In this document: positions 9,738 to 20,033 of the stretch, piece after piece | Layout of the letters: each line of letters opens with the position of its first letter | Position numbering within the stretch: position 1 is the stretch's first letter | Virus record (IMG/VR): IMGVR_UViG_3300008107_000123 | Coordinates: 1-64,000 of that record | Origin: an uncultured virus (IMG/VR IMGVR_UViG_3300008107_000123) | Lineage: Duplodnaviria; Heunggongvirae; Uroviricota; Caudoviricetes | Direction: 5' to 3' (one strand) | DNA length: 64,000 nucleotides | The notes under the pieces: generated by a model | The model's input: the letters and a program-made list of their open reading frames with translations, nothing else | Told to the model about the DNA's origin: nothing | Database searches by the model: none | Position numbers and translations under genes: made by a program

Positions 9738-10291
9738 TGGACATCACTATGGACGACGTGCGGCGTGAGGTGGTCAACTACGTCAAGAGCGGCGAGTTCA
9801 AGAGCGTGGTCCAGAACCAATACCGTGATCTGCTCACTCCGACTATTCGTGGCTGCTCGATCTCGTACGACATGAGCGCGGTAAACACTGGTAAATCAAC
9901 CGCGTGGTCAAATGTTTACGTCACATACGACAACGGCGGCTATCGAGTAGCAGGCGACCAGAACTCGATCGTTATTCCCAACGGTCTTTCCGGTGTCTAC
10001 CTTGTGCTTGCTGACGTAACTATTACTCCTGCCGGTGCTTCACCAGCAACATCTATGGACATGAGCATAAACGGGTACTCCACCAACGAGATCACCGGGC
10101 TTGGGGGTTCGTCGATTGCGCTTGACTCCAACAAGAAGGCATTTCTGCAATGGTCGTCGAACAACTTCCTTCCCCTGAACGAAGGCGACGTCATCTATTT
10201 GAGCGGTGGCTCGTCCAGCACAACGGAACAGTGGACGTGCCCCGTCCTCCAGAACCACATCTCAGTTATCAAGTTCCCGTTCGGTTCATAG
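9737..10291 (+). CDS. Putative tail accessory protein (beta-sandwich, C1q-like pattern)
   Basis: IVIP...GVYLV and LNEGDVIYL pattern; position after the nozzle gene. Confidence 0.45.
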   Translation: MDITMDDVRREVVNYVKSGEFKSVVQNQYRDLLTPTIRGCSISYDMSAVNTGKSTAWSNVYVTYDNGGYRVAGDQNSIVIPNGLSGVYLVLADVTITPAGASPATSMDMSINGYSTNEITGLGGSSIALDSNKKAFLQWSSNNFLPLNEGDVIYLSGGSSSTTEQWTCPVLQNHISVIKFPFGS

Positions 10292-10306
10292 GTAAGATAG
10301 GCATAC

Positions 10307-11170
10307 ATGAGCACTAACTACTTCAAGCCTCCGAAGTATTCGACACCGAGTGTCATCAGCAATCCCGCTGCGGACGTCCCAATGCCGTCGCTTCTTTCCG
10401 TTGACACCAGCAGCCCCGACTACCAGAAGTACGGCGCTCTCACTGGGGGGACTAACTACGCGGCCCGCCAGAACATCACCGACCAGTTGGCCAACGAGGG
10501 CGACAAGTCTCTTTACCAGACCTTCCTGAGGAACATGGGGGCAAAGAGGACTGACTACTCGGGGAGGCTCGCTGGGTATGGTGGTATCTCGTTCAAGTCC
10601 GACGACCCAACGACGACAAAGCGCGAGGACTTCGAGATTGAGCAGCGCACTGGTCAGACTGGGCAGCGAGAGGCCGCTGGTGTGCAGGGCGCCACTTCGG
10701 CCGCAGCGTCCCGCGGTATCCGTGGGCAGGCACGCAACCTTATGATCGGCGCTGCGCTACAGCGGGTCAGCGAGGAGGCCCGCACGATCATCAACCAGTA
10801 CGCGGCAGAGATCAGCCCCACGCAGCCGGGCGGTCTGGCGTACGAACTTCAGCAAGAGCAGCAACGTCTCGTCAATAGTTGGGGGGAGTTGTACGGCAAG
10901 GACGTAAACGAAGCCTTGACCGAGCAGTTGCGTCAGGAGGCAGTGAATACTGCCGCCGCTCAGGCTTCTGCCCGTCAGGCCGCTCAGGCTGCGTTTGACG
11001 CCGCCAACCCCATTGGGCGCGTGACGGGACAGTGGGCCAACAAGACCTTCGCCGAGAACGCGATCAAGAAGTTGCGTGCCGAGGGCAGGTACCCCGCCGA
11101 TAAGTTTGATCTGAAGATCGGTAAGCCGGGCGGGAAGAACTACTACGTTATTATGGCGAGCAAGAAGTAA
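10307..11170 (+). CDS. Putative internal virion / ejection protein
   Basis: Helical, A/Q-rich; GGxSFxxDDPxT and GxALQRVxExARxIxNQY shared with 52694..53599. Confidence 0.55.
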   Translation: MSTNYFKPPKYSTPSVISNPAADVPMPSLLSVDTSSPDYQKYGALTGGTNYAARQNITDQLANEGDKSLYQTFLRNMGAKRTDYSGRLAGYGGISFKSDDPTTTKREDFEIEQRTGQTGQREAAGVQGATSAAASRGIRGQARNLMIGAALQRVSEEARTIINQYAAEISPTQPGGLAYELQQEQQRLVNSWGELYGKDVNEALTEQLRQEAVNTAAAQASARQAAQAAFDAANPIGRVTGQWANKTFAENAIKKLRAEGRYPADKFDLKIGKPGGKNYYVIMASKK

Positions 11171-12708
11171 TGGCCGTCGATTACACCAACTACCGACCAG
11201 ACCTTTCGGGCATCTACCCGAACGCGGGGACTGGTGACGATGTAACTACCGGTCGTTATGGCGGGACGTCTCCGGACTACAACCGCCGCATTTCCCGAGT
11301 AAGGACGTACTTCAAGAAGCCGCGCAACTACTCCAAGTTGGCTGGCCTTGGTTACGTTCTCCCCAACATCGGTGGCCTGCGCCTGAAGGACATCAACACG
11401 GCGCAGGGAAGGCGCACCGCCATCATGGGCGGACCCGGGAACCTCGTCTATGGGCTCGCTGGCCCCAACGCCCGTAAGGGGATGATGATCGGGCGCGACG
11501 CGAAGGGGCGTATTGCGCTCGTTCGCAGAACGCCTAAGCCCCCCTCGCCGGGCGCTGGCGCACCCGGGGCTGGAACTCCGAGCGGCCCCCAGTTGCCAAA
11601 GACCGACGAGTACACCCAGTACGAGAAGGACTACCCGTGGGTTGCGAACTACCTCCGCAGCCTGAGGGACGAGGGCGCTGCCTTCGAGACGAAGTACAAG
11701 AACGATTTCCTCCCCAACGTAACCAACGCTCTAAACGCCTACGCAAACCTTGGCACCCAGACCTCCGATAGGTACGCGAGGGCGGCGGCTGCATCTGTCG
11801 CAGCAAATCAGGCAGCGGCAAACGTCGCTCCGACCGAGGCTGCTGGCGCAACCGGTGCGTTCGATCCGATCGCCCTTGCTGCGTCTCAGGCAGCGTCGCG
11901 GGCGATGGGAGAAGCATCCGCTGAGAACGCACGCTTCGCTGCTACCCAGTCCGCACTCGCGCCTGCCAGTGCTGCGCAAGGTCTGCTCGCTGGTATCCAG
12001 CGCGGCTACTCATCTATCTCGGCCGAGTACTCGCGCAAGCGCCTAGAGGATCAGATGAAGATCGAGCAGTGGATCGACGAGCAGAAGTCGTCCGCGCTGG
12101 ACCGTCAGGTGCAGCAGCAGTACAACCTCGGGATGCTCAACCTTCAGCAGGGCGAACTCGACCTTGACATTCTGAAGGAGAAGAACGACGCTGCACGTGC
12201 GGGCAAGTTCTCTGACTCCGAACTCTCCGACAAGGGTTTCGTGAGGGTTCCGACCGGTAAGAAGTTGGGTCCGAAGAGTATCGCTGCCGTCAACCGTACT
12301 GTGGTCACCTCTACCGAGGGGACACGTTGGTACAAGCCCGGCGACAGCGGAAGCGGCGGCAAGGGCGGCAGCGGTAACGGGCTCACCGCCAACCAGCAGC
12401 AGCAACTCGGCAAGCAACTCCTAGAGGTGTATCAGGGGACTACGAGGGACGTCGCCGGTAACGTCACTGGTCAGGGTCCGGGTTACCGCGACCTTCCGAT
12501 CCAGCAGCAGATCGCCAAGATTGAGACGTGGGTTCGGCAGGAGGTCGAGCGGGGCAACATCCCGCGTAACCGCGCCGCCATCGCGTCGTTTATCGCTGCC
12601 GCTATCCCGTTCCTTCAGACCAACAACGGCGGCATTTACAAGACTGCCCCGCAGGGAAACACGACTACGTGGGGCAACCGGATCGCAGCACGGATCGTCG
12701 GCGGGTAG
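11170..12708 (+). CDS. Putative internal virion / ejection protein
   Basis: A/G/Q-rich; LPNxGGLR and DYPxxxNYLR shared with 53602..55233. Confidence 0.55.
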   Translation: MAVDYTNYRPDLSGIYPNAGTGDDVTTGRYGGTSPDYNRRISRVRTYFKKPRNYSKLAGLGYVLPNIGGLRLKDINTAQGRRTAIMGGPGNLVYGLAGPNARKGMMIGRDAKGRIALVRRTPKPPSPGAGAPGAGTPSGPQLPKTDEYTQYEKDYPWVANYLRSLRDEGAAFETKYKNDFLPNVTNALNAYANLGTQTSDRYARAAAASVAANQAAANVAPTEAAGATGAFDPIALAASQAASRAMGEASAENARFAATQSALAPASAAQGLLAGIQRGYSSISAEYSRKRLEDQMKIEQWIDEQKSSALDRQVQQQYNLGMLNLQQGELDLDILKEKNDAARAGKFSDSELSDKGFVRVPTGKKLGPKSIAAVNRTVVTSTEGTRWYKPGDSGSGGKGGSGNGLTANQQQQLGKQLLEVYQGTTRDVAGNVTGQGPGYRDLPIQQQIAKIETWVRQEVERGNIPRNRAAIASFIAAAIPFLQTNNGGIYKTAPQGNTTTWGNRIAARIVGG

Positions 12709-12711
12709 CCA

Positions 12712-15700
12712 GTGGCCCCGGAGACGTGGCTCGACAAGTACTTCCCCAAGGATAAGAAGCGGAAGCAGAGCGGAAGTAAGCGGCCAGCGCGGTTTGCCAA
12801 CGCCCCGGAACGCAGGGCGATGGACAAGCGGGTTCGGCGGGCGATCGAGTTGCGCCTGTCGCAGAAGGTCAAGGCCGCTATCGAGTCGGCGGAACCGAAG
12901 GAACCTGACCGCGGCGGTGTTCTCGGGGCAATAGGTGACTTCACTGGGGGTGCGCTTGGTCTAGGCGTGAACCTTCTGCGGGACGCCTCTCAGGTCATCC
13001 CGGGCCTATCGCGTCAGGTGTACGAGGGCGCTAAGGCGACAACGGGGATGGCGGCAGGATCGTCACCCAGCCTCCTTACCGAGGCGCTTGGTTATCGTCC
13101 TTCGTTTGTGAAGTCCGCACAGAAGCAGGGCGAACTCGTAACCGACGCCTTGATCTCCCCCTACGATCAGGCCAAGTATTTCGGTGGGCCTCTCCTTGAA
13201 GGCGACTTCGGGGAAACTGGTCGTCGTATCTACGACAACCCTCTCGGCGCTATCGGGGTTGCGTCCATCGTGTACCCGGGAGTCGGAGGTGCTGTCGGGG
13301 CAGGGTTGCGTGGTGTAGGTAGGGCGACACGGGGCACACGAGCCGGTGCTGCCGCCGAGAGGTTCGGGTCAAAGCAGACCGTACGACGTGAGGGTTCCCT
13401 GTTCCCAGAAGAGGGTCCGCGTCCTAGGCGTGAGCGGCCCGACGAAGTAATCACTGACCCCATAACTGGGGACTCCGTTGTTAGGCAGCGGCGCGAGCGG
13501 TCGGCGAACATCCTTACCCGCGAGTTCCAGAAGTACGTTGCGGACCCCGCAGTTGGCGGGATAAAGAAGGCTGTCGGGAAAATCCCCGGTAGCCGCAACC
13601 CTCTTTCCCCAGCCAAGCGAGCGCAGCGGGTGTCAAGGAAGGGCACCCGGGAACTCACGTACTCGATGGCGACGCAGTTGGATCAAAGCGTTCTTCTTGG
13701 CGCAGAGCCGTGGATGCGTTCAGTCCGCCAGATTCCCAAGACGCTCGGACGTGGGAAGAAGGCAAAGGTCGCGTACGCCACTGCCGCGATTCGGGCTATG
13801 GGTCTGAACAACACAAGCCGGACGCAGACCAACAGGAGGTGGGGGATTGACGGGCTTACCGAGCAGTGGACAGAGTGGCTCGGGAAGGTAGACGACTCAA
13901 CCCCGAAGGACGCAATCAAGGCCACGGAGGAGAACATCGAACTCCTTCGTCAGATTCCTGACGAGTGGCTCGATCCTGCGACTGCCCCTCGCCCGCTGAA
14001 CGAACTTGTCCGTGCGACAGAGCGCATACTTAGCGACGCAACTACTCTCAAGGTTTCAGCCGGTGCGGTCACCGCAAAGACTGCCGCCCTCTCCGGACGA
14101 AGGGCTCAGTACATCGCGGCTGGCGTCTACGGTAACTACCTGAAGGCTCGCAAGTCCAGCGAGAAGGCGGACAAGCGTGCGGCTCAACTCGTGACTATCG
14201 CTGGCGACATCGCAAATCTCCGCCAGTCAATCGCAACCTCTAAGGCCGCTGGGCGCAAGGCGACAAAGAAGCAGGAGCGCCTCGCCGAACTCCAGCGCAA
14301 GGAGAAGGAGGTGCGCCGTCAGGAGAACTCCAACCGCAAGAAGGCCGACGAAAATACTCGCGTCCTGAACTCTACGGTTGACCCAGAGATGAAGCCGGGT
14401 CAGTACTTCCCCATGAAGCCAGCCGCCAAGAAGTTGAAGGGCACCCGGCAGGGGCTCGGTATTACTGCGCAGTTGCGCGTTGCGAAGGAGAAGCAGAACA
14501 AGGGGAAGGTTCTCCGTTCGGGTAGTGCGTCGTTCGCCCCCGATGTTGTACTCAGTGCGCTGAAGGACGCAACCGACGTGAGGCTGCGTAGCGACACCCT
14601 CTCGATGATCTTCGCTCGTTATGCGGTGAAGGACGGAGACGGCATCCCGATCTCCGAGGACGCAGCGGTAAACCTTGTGAGGGCTCACCCCGAACTCTAC
14701 GTTGCCATGTCTAAGCGTGACCTTGTTGAACTGATCCCGTCGCAGGAGGGCCGCGTTGCCCAGAAGGGGCTCACCGAACTCGCTGACGACATCGACGGGA
14801 CGAGGTACCTGCTTCCGAAGAGTGTCGTCAACGAGTGGCAGGGGATACTCGGGGCGCGTAGCGGTGCAGGGAAGGCGATCGACGACATAAACGCCATGTG
14901 GAAGGCTGGCGTCCTCGCGCTTTCCCCACGCTGGTACACGCAGAACATCTTCGGTAACAGCCTCATGTTCGCTCTCGGGGCGGGCATAGACATACAGGCG
15001 ATCAGGATGGCGTTCAACCCGAAGTACCGCGACTCGGTGCTAGCCGACCTCGCCGCGCACGGGAACTCTTCTGACCTCGGTGAGTTGGCGAGGAAGTACG
15101 GTATGAAGCCGGATAGGAACCTGATAAAGCGCGTTGTTGTCGCTGGCTACCAGATAAACAACCGCTTCGAGTCCCTGTTCCGCCGTGCCATCTTCCACCA
15201 CGTTGCGAAGAAGAAGTTGAAGGAAGAGGGGATGGTGAAGAACTGGGGCAACAACTCCGCAGTTCTCGCAGACGCTTGGCTCACCGTCGCTACCGCAGCG
15301 AAGAACGGAGAGCCGTGGGCTATGAAACTCGCCGATCAGGTGCGCATCGAAAGCACGCGCTTCCTCGGCGAGTACGTCAGGTACAACAGTTTCGAGCGGG
15401 CAATCCTTCGTCGTGCGTACCCGTTCTATGGATGGATGCGGACTGTCATGCGCCTCGCGTTCGCGCTGCCTGTCAAGCACCCGAAGCGTGCTGGACTGAT
15501 CGTCGTCTCGTCTCAGATGGCGTACCACATGTACAACGACGAAGAGTCAGAGGCGCTCAACCCGTACTCCGGTCTGGTCGATGAGGACATGTTCATCCAG
15601 ACCAGCATCCTTATGCCGCAGGAGACGGCTACCCCCATTATCGGTGGACTTGGCAGGCTGCTCGGTATGGCTCAGCGTGGTGACTACGCTGCTATGCCTG

Positions 15701-16257
15701 TCGCCTTCGCTCAGGAAGCGTTGAAGCAGGCTGGCCCCCTCGTGTCCCTCCCGTCCGTCCTTCTAACTGGACGCTCTGCGCTGAACGTCGCCCCGCAGTT
15801 GAGCGGCGATCCCGAGTACGGGACCGACCCTGCATCTGGACGCACTTACGAGATGGACCCGATCAGTGGGCGACCAGTCGATGTTGTCCGTCCGCTTCCT
15901 CTAGACGCGATGGCAGAGAGTTACTTCCCGTTCCTTACGCCGCTAAAGAACCTTGCTGCTGGAACCAGAGGCAACGAGCGACTTGCTGCCGATGCGTCGT
16001 TCCTCGACATCGCTGCGAACCGTCTTGGCGGAGGCGACAGGGAGGACATCTTCCTGCCGAGGGGTCTTTACGGCCAGCCGATTGAGCGTTCGTGGGTCAC
16101 CGAACTAACCGGGTCGTTGTTGGGCGGGCCGGTCTATAAGTACAATCCTGAAAGCGCAGCAGCGCAGAAAATCCTCACGGACCAGAGGGCAGCGGACGCT
16201 TACGTTGCTTCGTTCAAGCGTCGCCTTCGTAACCGGGCTCTGCTGACAAGAGACTAA
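12712..16257 (+). CDS. Large internal virion / ejection protein
   Basis: 1181 aa; WKxxVLALxPRWY and RRxxPFYGWMR shared with 55226..59212. Confidence 0.6.
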   Translation: MAPETWLDKYFPKDKKRKQSGSKRPARFANAPERRAMDKRVRRAIELRLSQKVKAAIESAEPKEPDRGGVLGAIGDFTGGALGLGVNLLRDASQVIPGLSRQVYEGAKATTGMAAGSSPSLLTEALGYRPSFVKSAQKQGELVTDALISPYDQAKYFGGPLLEGDFGETGRRIYDNPLGAIGVASIVYPGVGGAVGAGLRGVGRATRGTRAGAAAERFGSKQTVRREGSLFPEEGPRPRRERPDEVITDPITGDSVVRQRRERSANILTREFQKYVADPAVGGIKKAVGKIPGSRNPLSPAKRAQRVSRKGTRELTYSMATQLDQSVLLGAEPWMRSVRQIPKTLGRGKKAKVAYATAAIRAMGLNNTSRTQTNRRWGIDGLTEQWTEWLGKVDDSTPKDAIKATEENIELLRQIPDEWLDPATAPRPLNELVRATERILSDATTLKVSAGAVTAKTAALSGRRAQYIAAGVYGNYLKARKSSEKADKRAAQLVTIAGDIANLRQSIATSKAAGRKATKKQERLAELQRKEKEVRRQENSNRKKADENTRVLNSTVDPEMKPGQYFPMKPAAKKLKGTRQGLGITAQLRVAKEKQNKGKVLRSGSASFAPDVVLSALKDATDVRLRSDTLSMIFARYAVKDGDGIPISEDAAVNLVRAHPELYVAMSKRDLVELIPSQEGRVAQKGLTELADDIDGTRYLLPKSVVNEWQGILGARSGAGKAIDDINAMWKAGVLALSPRWYTQNIFGNSLMFALGAGIDIQAIRMAFNPKYRDSVLADLAAHGNSSDLGELARKYGMKPDRNLIKRVVVAGYQINNRFESLFRRAIFHHVAKKKLKEEGMVKNWGNNSAVLADAWLTVATAAKNGEPWAMKLADQVRIESTRFLGEYVRYNSFERAILRRAYPFYGWMRTVMRLAFALPVKHPKRAGLIVVSSQMAYHMYNDEESEALNPYSGLVDEDMFIQTSILMPQETATPIIGGLGRLLGMAQRGDYAAMPVAFAQEALKQAGPLVSLPSVLLTGRSALNVAPQLSGDPEYGTDPASGRTYEMDPISGRPVDVVRPLPLDAMAESYFPFLTPLKNLAAGTRGNERLAADASFLDIAANRLGGGDREDIFLPRGLYGQPIERSWVTELTGSLLGGPVYKYNPESAAAQKILTDQRAADAYVASFKRRLRNRALLTRD

Positions 16258-17432
16258 TGGCAACGGGCATCCCGACATACGAGCAGTTCCGCCGCTCACT
16301 CGCTGGCACACCGATGGTGGGCGAGGCGAAGGGCATCTACAACGCTGCGATCGGAAGCGGCATCAACCCCGCTTTCGTTGCCGGGCTTGCTTCAGCGGAG
16401 TCGAGTTACGGGACAAAGGGTTACGCGAGGGGGACGAACAACCCGTACGGTCTTGGCGTTCACCTCGGGTGGACTTTCAAGAACTACAGCGAGGCTACGA
16501 GGCGGCTCGGAAAGACTCTGAACTCGCTTGGGTATCCCGGCCTTTACCGCGACCGGGGTCTTGCCGGGATCATCAGTAGGTACACGCCTGCGTCAGACGG
16601 TAACGACGAGGGCGCCCACTTCAGGAACATCATGTCTGGCGGGCGGAGGACCGGCGGCAACCCCGGGCAGGTTTATGTGCGCGGCGGAGTTGTCCCATCC
16701 ACCTCTGGCGCAGAGCCGAGCGTTGGGTCACCCCCCCCGTCAATGGGGGTAACCCGGCCGATGGCCGGGCAGGGAGGCGGAGCGGGTAGCGCGACGTTGC
16801 TAAAGCAACTCGTGAACCAGTACGTTCTGTCTAAGGCGGGCACGCTCACTCCAGAAGTCGCTAGGAAAACGACGTTGCAGATGGCGCGTGCCGCGGGAAG
16901 CGCCTTCGGGAAGTCCATGATGCCGCAGGCGTCAATGCCGGGCATCACGCCTGATTATGGTGGCGGAGGGTCTATCGACGAACGCAGCCCGTCGCCCGCT
17001 GAGTCTACGTCTACGCCGATACTCCGTATCCCGGGGCAGCCGAGGCTTAGGGCTAGCGGAGGACCCGGTGGAGGAACCCACAGTTTCAAGGAACGTGGGT
17101 ACAGTTGGTTCGACGACATGGCGTACGATCTTTTCGCTGGCTCGGGGACGCCGATCACCACACCCCTGACGGGACGAGTGAAGAACATCAGCGGCCAGCC
17201 CGGGGGGGACGCGAGGTTCGCCGGGTATGGCGTGACCGTCGATTACGGCGGTGGAAGGCAAGCGTTCTTCAAGCATCTCGGCGCACTGGGGCCGAAGATC
17301 AAGATCGGCGCCACCATCCCGCGCGGGACTCTTATCGGCGGGCTCGACAGGGCGACGGCGGGTGGACCCCACCTCCACCTCGGAGCGACTAACCGTGGTT
17401 TTCTCGAACAGATTTTGAGTTACTACAAGTGA
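16257..17432 (+). CDS. Peptidoglycan hydrolase: lysozyme/glucosaminidase-like N-domain plus M23 peptidase C-domain
   Basis: GINPAFVAGLASAESSYG...NNPYG; AYDLFAGSGTPI...HL...GPHLHLG. Confidence 0.75.
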   Translation: MATGIPTYEQFRRSLAGTPMVGEAKGIYNAAIGSGINPAFVAGLASAESSYGTKGYARGTNNPYGLGVHLGWTFKNYSEATRRLGKTLNSLGYPGLYRDRGLAGIISRYTPASDGNDEGAHFRNIMSGGRRTGGNPGQVYVRGGVVPSTSGAEPSVGSPPPSMGVTRPMAGQGGGAGSATLLKQLVNQYVLSKAGTLTPEVARKTTLQMARAAGSAFGKSMMPQASMPGITPDYGGGGSIDERSPSPAESTSTPILRIPGQPRLRASGGPGGGTHSFKERGYSWFDDMAYDLFAGSGTPITTPLTGRVKNISGQPGGDARFAGYGVTVDYGGGRQAFFKHLGALGPKIKIGATIPRGTLIGGLDRATAGGPHLHLGATNRGFLEQILSYYK

Positions 17433-17656
17433 GTCCGGAGAACATCATCGGGATCATGCGTCGCCTTGACGAGATCAAGGGGGACGTCGATGAGGTCAAG
17501 GCGCTCGCCAAGGAAACGAACGGGCGCATCAGGGAACTCGAACTCTGGCGGGCGAGGATGCAGGGGGCTGCGTCTAGCGCAAGGATTTTCTGGGTAGTCG
17601 TCGGTGGTGTCGTCACCGCCATTACGATAAGACTGTTTACTAACTTCACCTTTTAG
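17429..17656 (+). CDS. Coiled-coil plus single-TM lysis-region protein
   Basis: ETNGRIRELE followed by a hydrophobic C-terminal helix; upstream of the endolysin. Confidence 0.55.
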   Translation: MSPENIIGIMRRLDEIKGDVDEVKALAKETNGRIRELELWRARMQGAASSARIFWVVVGGVVTAITIRLFTNFTF

Positions 17657-17665
17657 GGGGCGGCA

Positions 17666-18352
17666 ATGAAAGTGAACCCTGCATGGGTTGTGCGCAAGAA
17701 GCGCATGAAGGTGTGGGCAGAGGCTAACGGCGTCATCGTTCCGAGGGGGCTCCGCATGACCCCCTACTGCGGGACTGCCTGCCGCGACCTCATCCGGCGC
17801 ATCCAGATCAAGGGTGGCCTGACGTACAAGGATGGCAAGTGGCGGAACGACATCAAGCGTCTCGTCGCACCGCGCCCAACCATCCAGTCAAAGGCCGTCC
17901 GCATCGCCTTTACGCAGGAGGGGGTGAAGGAGCACCCGGCAGGTTCCAACTCTGGGCCGAGGGTCAGGGAGTATCAGGCTTCGACATCGCTCGGCGGGAC
18001 GGGGTGGCCGTGGTGCGCAGCATTTTGTTGCTGGGTGTATCGCGGTGCAGGAAAGCGGTTTGTCGGGTGGAACACGGCTTACGTGCCTGAGTACGTGAGC
18101 ACGGCTAAGTCTCGCAAGCACGGGCTTTCCGTGGTTAGCGCGGCGAACGTGATACCGGGTGACCTTGCCTGCTTCGATTGGCAGGGTGATGGAGAGTGCG
18201 ACCACATCGGCATCGTGGTTACGAAGGTACGCAGCGGTGGTTTCCAGTGCATCGAGGGCAACACCTCGTATAGCAATGACAGCAACGGCGGACAGGTGAT
18301 GCTGCGCGACCGGAACATCAACTCGGTCGGCTGCTTCATTCGCGTCAGTTAG
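17666..18352 (+). CDS. Endolysin, CHAP amidase/peptidase domain
   Basis: PWCAAF (Cys), DHIGIV (His) and IEGNT motifs. Confidence 0.85.
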   Translation: MKVNPAWVVRKKRMKVWAEANGVIVPRGLRMTPYCGTACRDLIRRIQIKGGLTYKDGKWRNDIKRLVAPRPTIQSKAVRIAFTQEGVKEHPAGSNSGPRVREYQASTSLGGTGWPWCAAFCCWVYRGAGKRFVGWNTAYVPEYVSTAKSRKHGLSVVSAANVIPGDLACFDWQGDGECDHIGIVVTKVRSGGFQCIEGNTSYSNDSNGGQVMLRDRNINSVGCFIRVS

Positions 18353-18360
18353 GGGATGAC

Positions 18361-18588
18361 ATGAAGGTTTCTTTTGGCTGGGCGTCGTGGATCGGCGTCA
18401 TCAGCGCAGCGGTGGCAGCGGTGATCCCAATCATCGGTGAACTCTCCGACACGGTTGAGCCGCTCGGCGTATCGCCGTCAGTGTTCGTGTACGTGAGTAC
18501 GGTCCTCACTGCCGTCACTGTCATCGGGCGCATGGCGCAGGCTGCGGTTATCGCAGCGAAGGAAGCGTCTACTACAAGCGACCAGTAG
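18361..18588 (+). CDS. Holin
   Basis: 75 aa with two hydrophobic segments, directly after the endolysin. Confidence 0.65.
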   Translation: MKVSFGWASWIGVISAAVAAVIPIIGELSDTVEPLGVSPSVFVYVSTVLTAVTVIGRMAQAAVIAAKEASTTSDQ

Positions 18589-19479
18589 ATGAGGGTCGTC
18601 CATGTAGAGGAGGAGTACTCGCCCGGTGACGAGTTCATCCTCGTGCCTACCGGTGACTGGCACCTCGGCGCTATGGACAGCGTTGAGCAGAAAATCCGTG
18701 ACGACGTAAAGTCGTGGGCGAAGAACCCCAAGACCCGGGTCATCCTGATGGGTGACCTGATGGAGTGCATCGACTACCGGGACAAGAGGTTCTTCCCTCA
18801 CGGTTTGCCAGAGCGATACGCAGACGCCATGCTCAACTCGGACGGAGGAATCCCAACCGAGTCTGTCGCGCACGCTCTAGAGATTCTCGACCCCCTCGTT
18901 GGTAAGCAGAAAATCTGGGGCATCGCAACGGGTAACCACGAAAGAAAGTTGGAGGTAACCCAGTCTCGTAACCTCACGGCGGAGGTTGCTCGCGGGCTGA
19001 ACATCTCCCACCGACAGTTGGGTTACTCGGGCTATATCCACGTTTCGTTCAGGGACCGAGAGACTCGCAAGACGAACGGTTCCGTGGTTATCTCCGTGCA
19101 TCACGGGTGGCAGACAGCAGGACGCGCCGGTTCCGGCAACCTGCTCAACGGGATGGAGCGCGAGTGCGGGTACTCGAACGCCGACATCATCCTGCGCGGT
19201 CACTCTCACGCGCCGCGTGTCGGTCAGGTAATCCCCAGTGTCGCTGTCACCAAGAGCATGGTGCGCGAGTGGCCCCGAGTGGTTGCTTCGACCGGTACCT
19301 ATAAGCGCGGTTCCGTAGAGCAGCGTGCAGGTGATCCTCCGCACGACACGTACGAGACATTCAAGGGCTTTCGCGGAAGGCTTGACGGATCGCTTGGTCC
19401 GCCGCGTATAGTCATCCGTCCTATGCGTACCGATGGCACGCGAGGACAGGCAAACTTTGAATACGAGGTAATCATCTAG
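18589..19479 (+). CDS. Calcineurin-like metallophosphoesterase
   Basis: GDWH, MGDL, GNHE, HHG and GHSH motifs. Confidence 0.85.
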   Translation: MRVVHVEEEYSPGDEFILVPTGDWHLGAMDSVEQKIRDDVKSWAKNPKTRVILMGDLMECIDYRDKRFFPHGLPERYADAMLNSDGGIPTESVAHALEILDPLVGKQKIWGIATGNHERKLEVTQSRNLTAEVARGLNISHRQLGYSGYIHVSFRDRETRKTNGSVVISVHHGWQTAGRAGSGNLLNGMERECGYSNADIILRGHSHAPRVGQVIPSVAVTKSMVREWPRVVASTGTYKRGSVEQRAGDPPHDTYETFKGFRGRLDGSLGPPRIVIRPMRTDGTRGQANFEYEVII

Positions 19480-19751
19480 TGGATGCCAGAGTGAAAGACG
19501 ACCCGTGGCCCTTCATCCTCATGGAACTGGACGCGGCATGGCGGGAGATCAGGGCGGAGATGGAGACGCTTGCAGTCCGAGGGTTCCTCAACGCAGCAGA
19601 GGCGAGGTACCGCAACGGAGAGCGCCTTTACAACAAGGAGTGGCTCGACTGGCCGCTCGATCGCTTCGAGGACGAGGCGATGCAGGAACTCGTTGACCTC
19701 GTGCTGTACAAGGCCATGAGGCGCGTCAAGTTCCCGCTCCCGGTAGCCTGA
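19479..19751 (+). CDS. Small helical protein, possibly all-alpha NTP pyrophosphatase-like
   Basis: AEARYxxGExxY...W...QELxDLVLY conserved in 62506..62775. Confidence 0.45.
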   Translation: MDARVKDDPWPFILMELDAAWREIRAEMETLAVRGFLNAAEARYRNGERLYNKEWLDWPLDRFEDEAMQELVDLVLYKAMRRVKFPLPVA

Positions 19752-19756
19752 TCGCC

Positions 19757-20011
19757 GTGGACATACGAGACTTCATCGACGGGACGCCCGAGCAGAAGAA
19801 CCAGTTCGGTGCGATGGTTCTCCAAGCATCATTTGCTTTTTCGGCGCAACTCATTATGCTGTGCCACCACCACGCGGACGGGATGAGCGACGAGATGAAG
19901 AGCGACCTGACCCGGTTGCTCGACTCGTTCCACATGTACGTCAGTGAGTTCATCGACTTCGAGGAACTCCAGAACGCGATGGAAGCAGAAGCGGAGGAAA
20001 GGGACACATGA
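19757..20011 (+). CDS. Hypothetical protein
   Basis: Fills the operon gap; weak similarity (TPEQ; acidic C-terminus) to 63551..63787. Confidence 0.6.
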   Translation: MDIRDFIDGTPEQKNQFGAMVLQASFAFSAQLIMLCHHHADGMSDEMKSDLTRLLDSFHMYVSEFIDFEELQNAMEAEAEERDT

Positions 20012-20033
20012 CACTTTGTATGAGGGGTGACGG

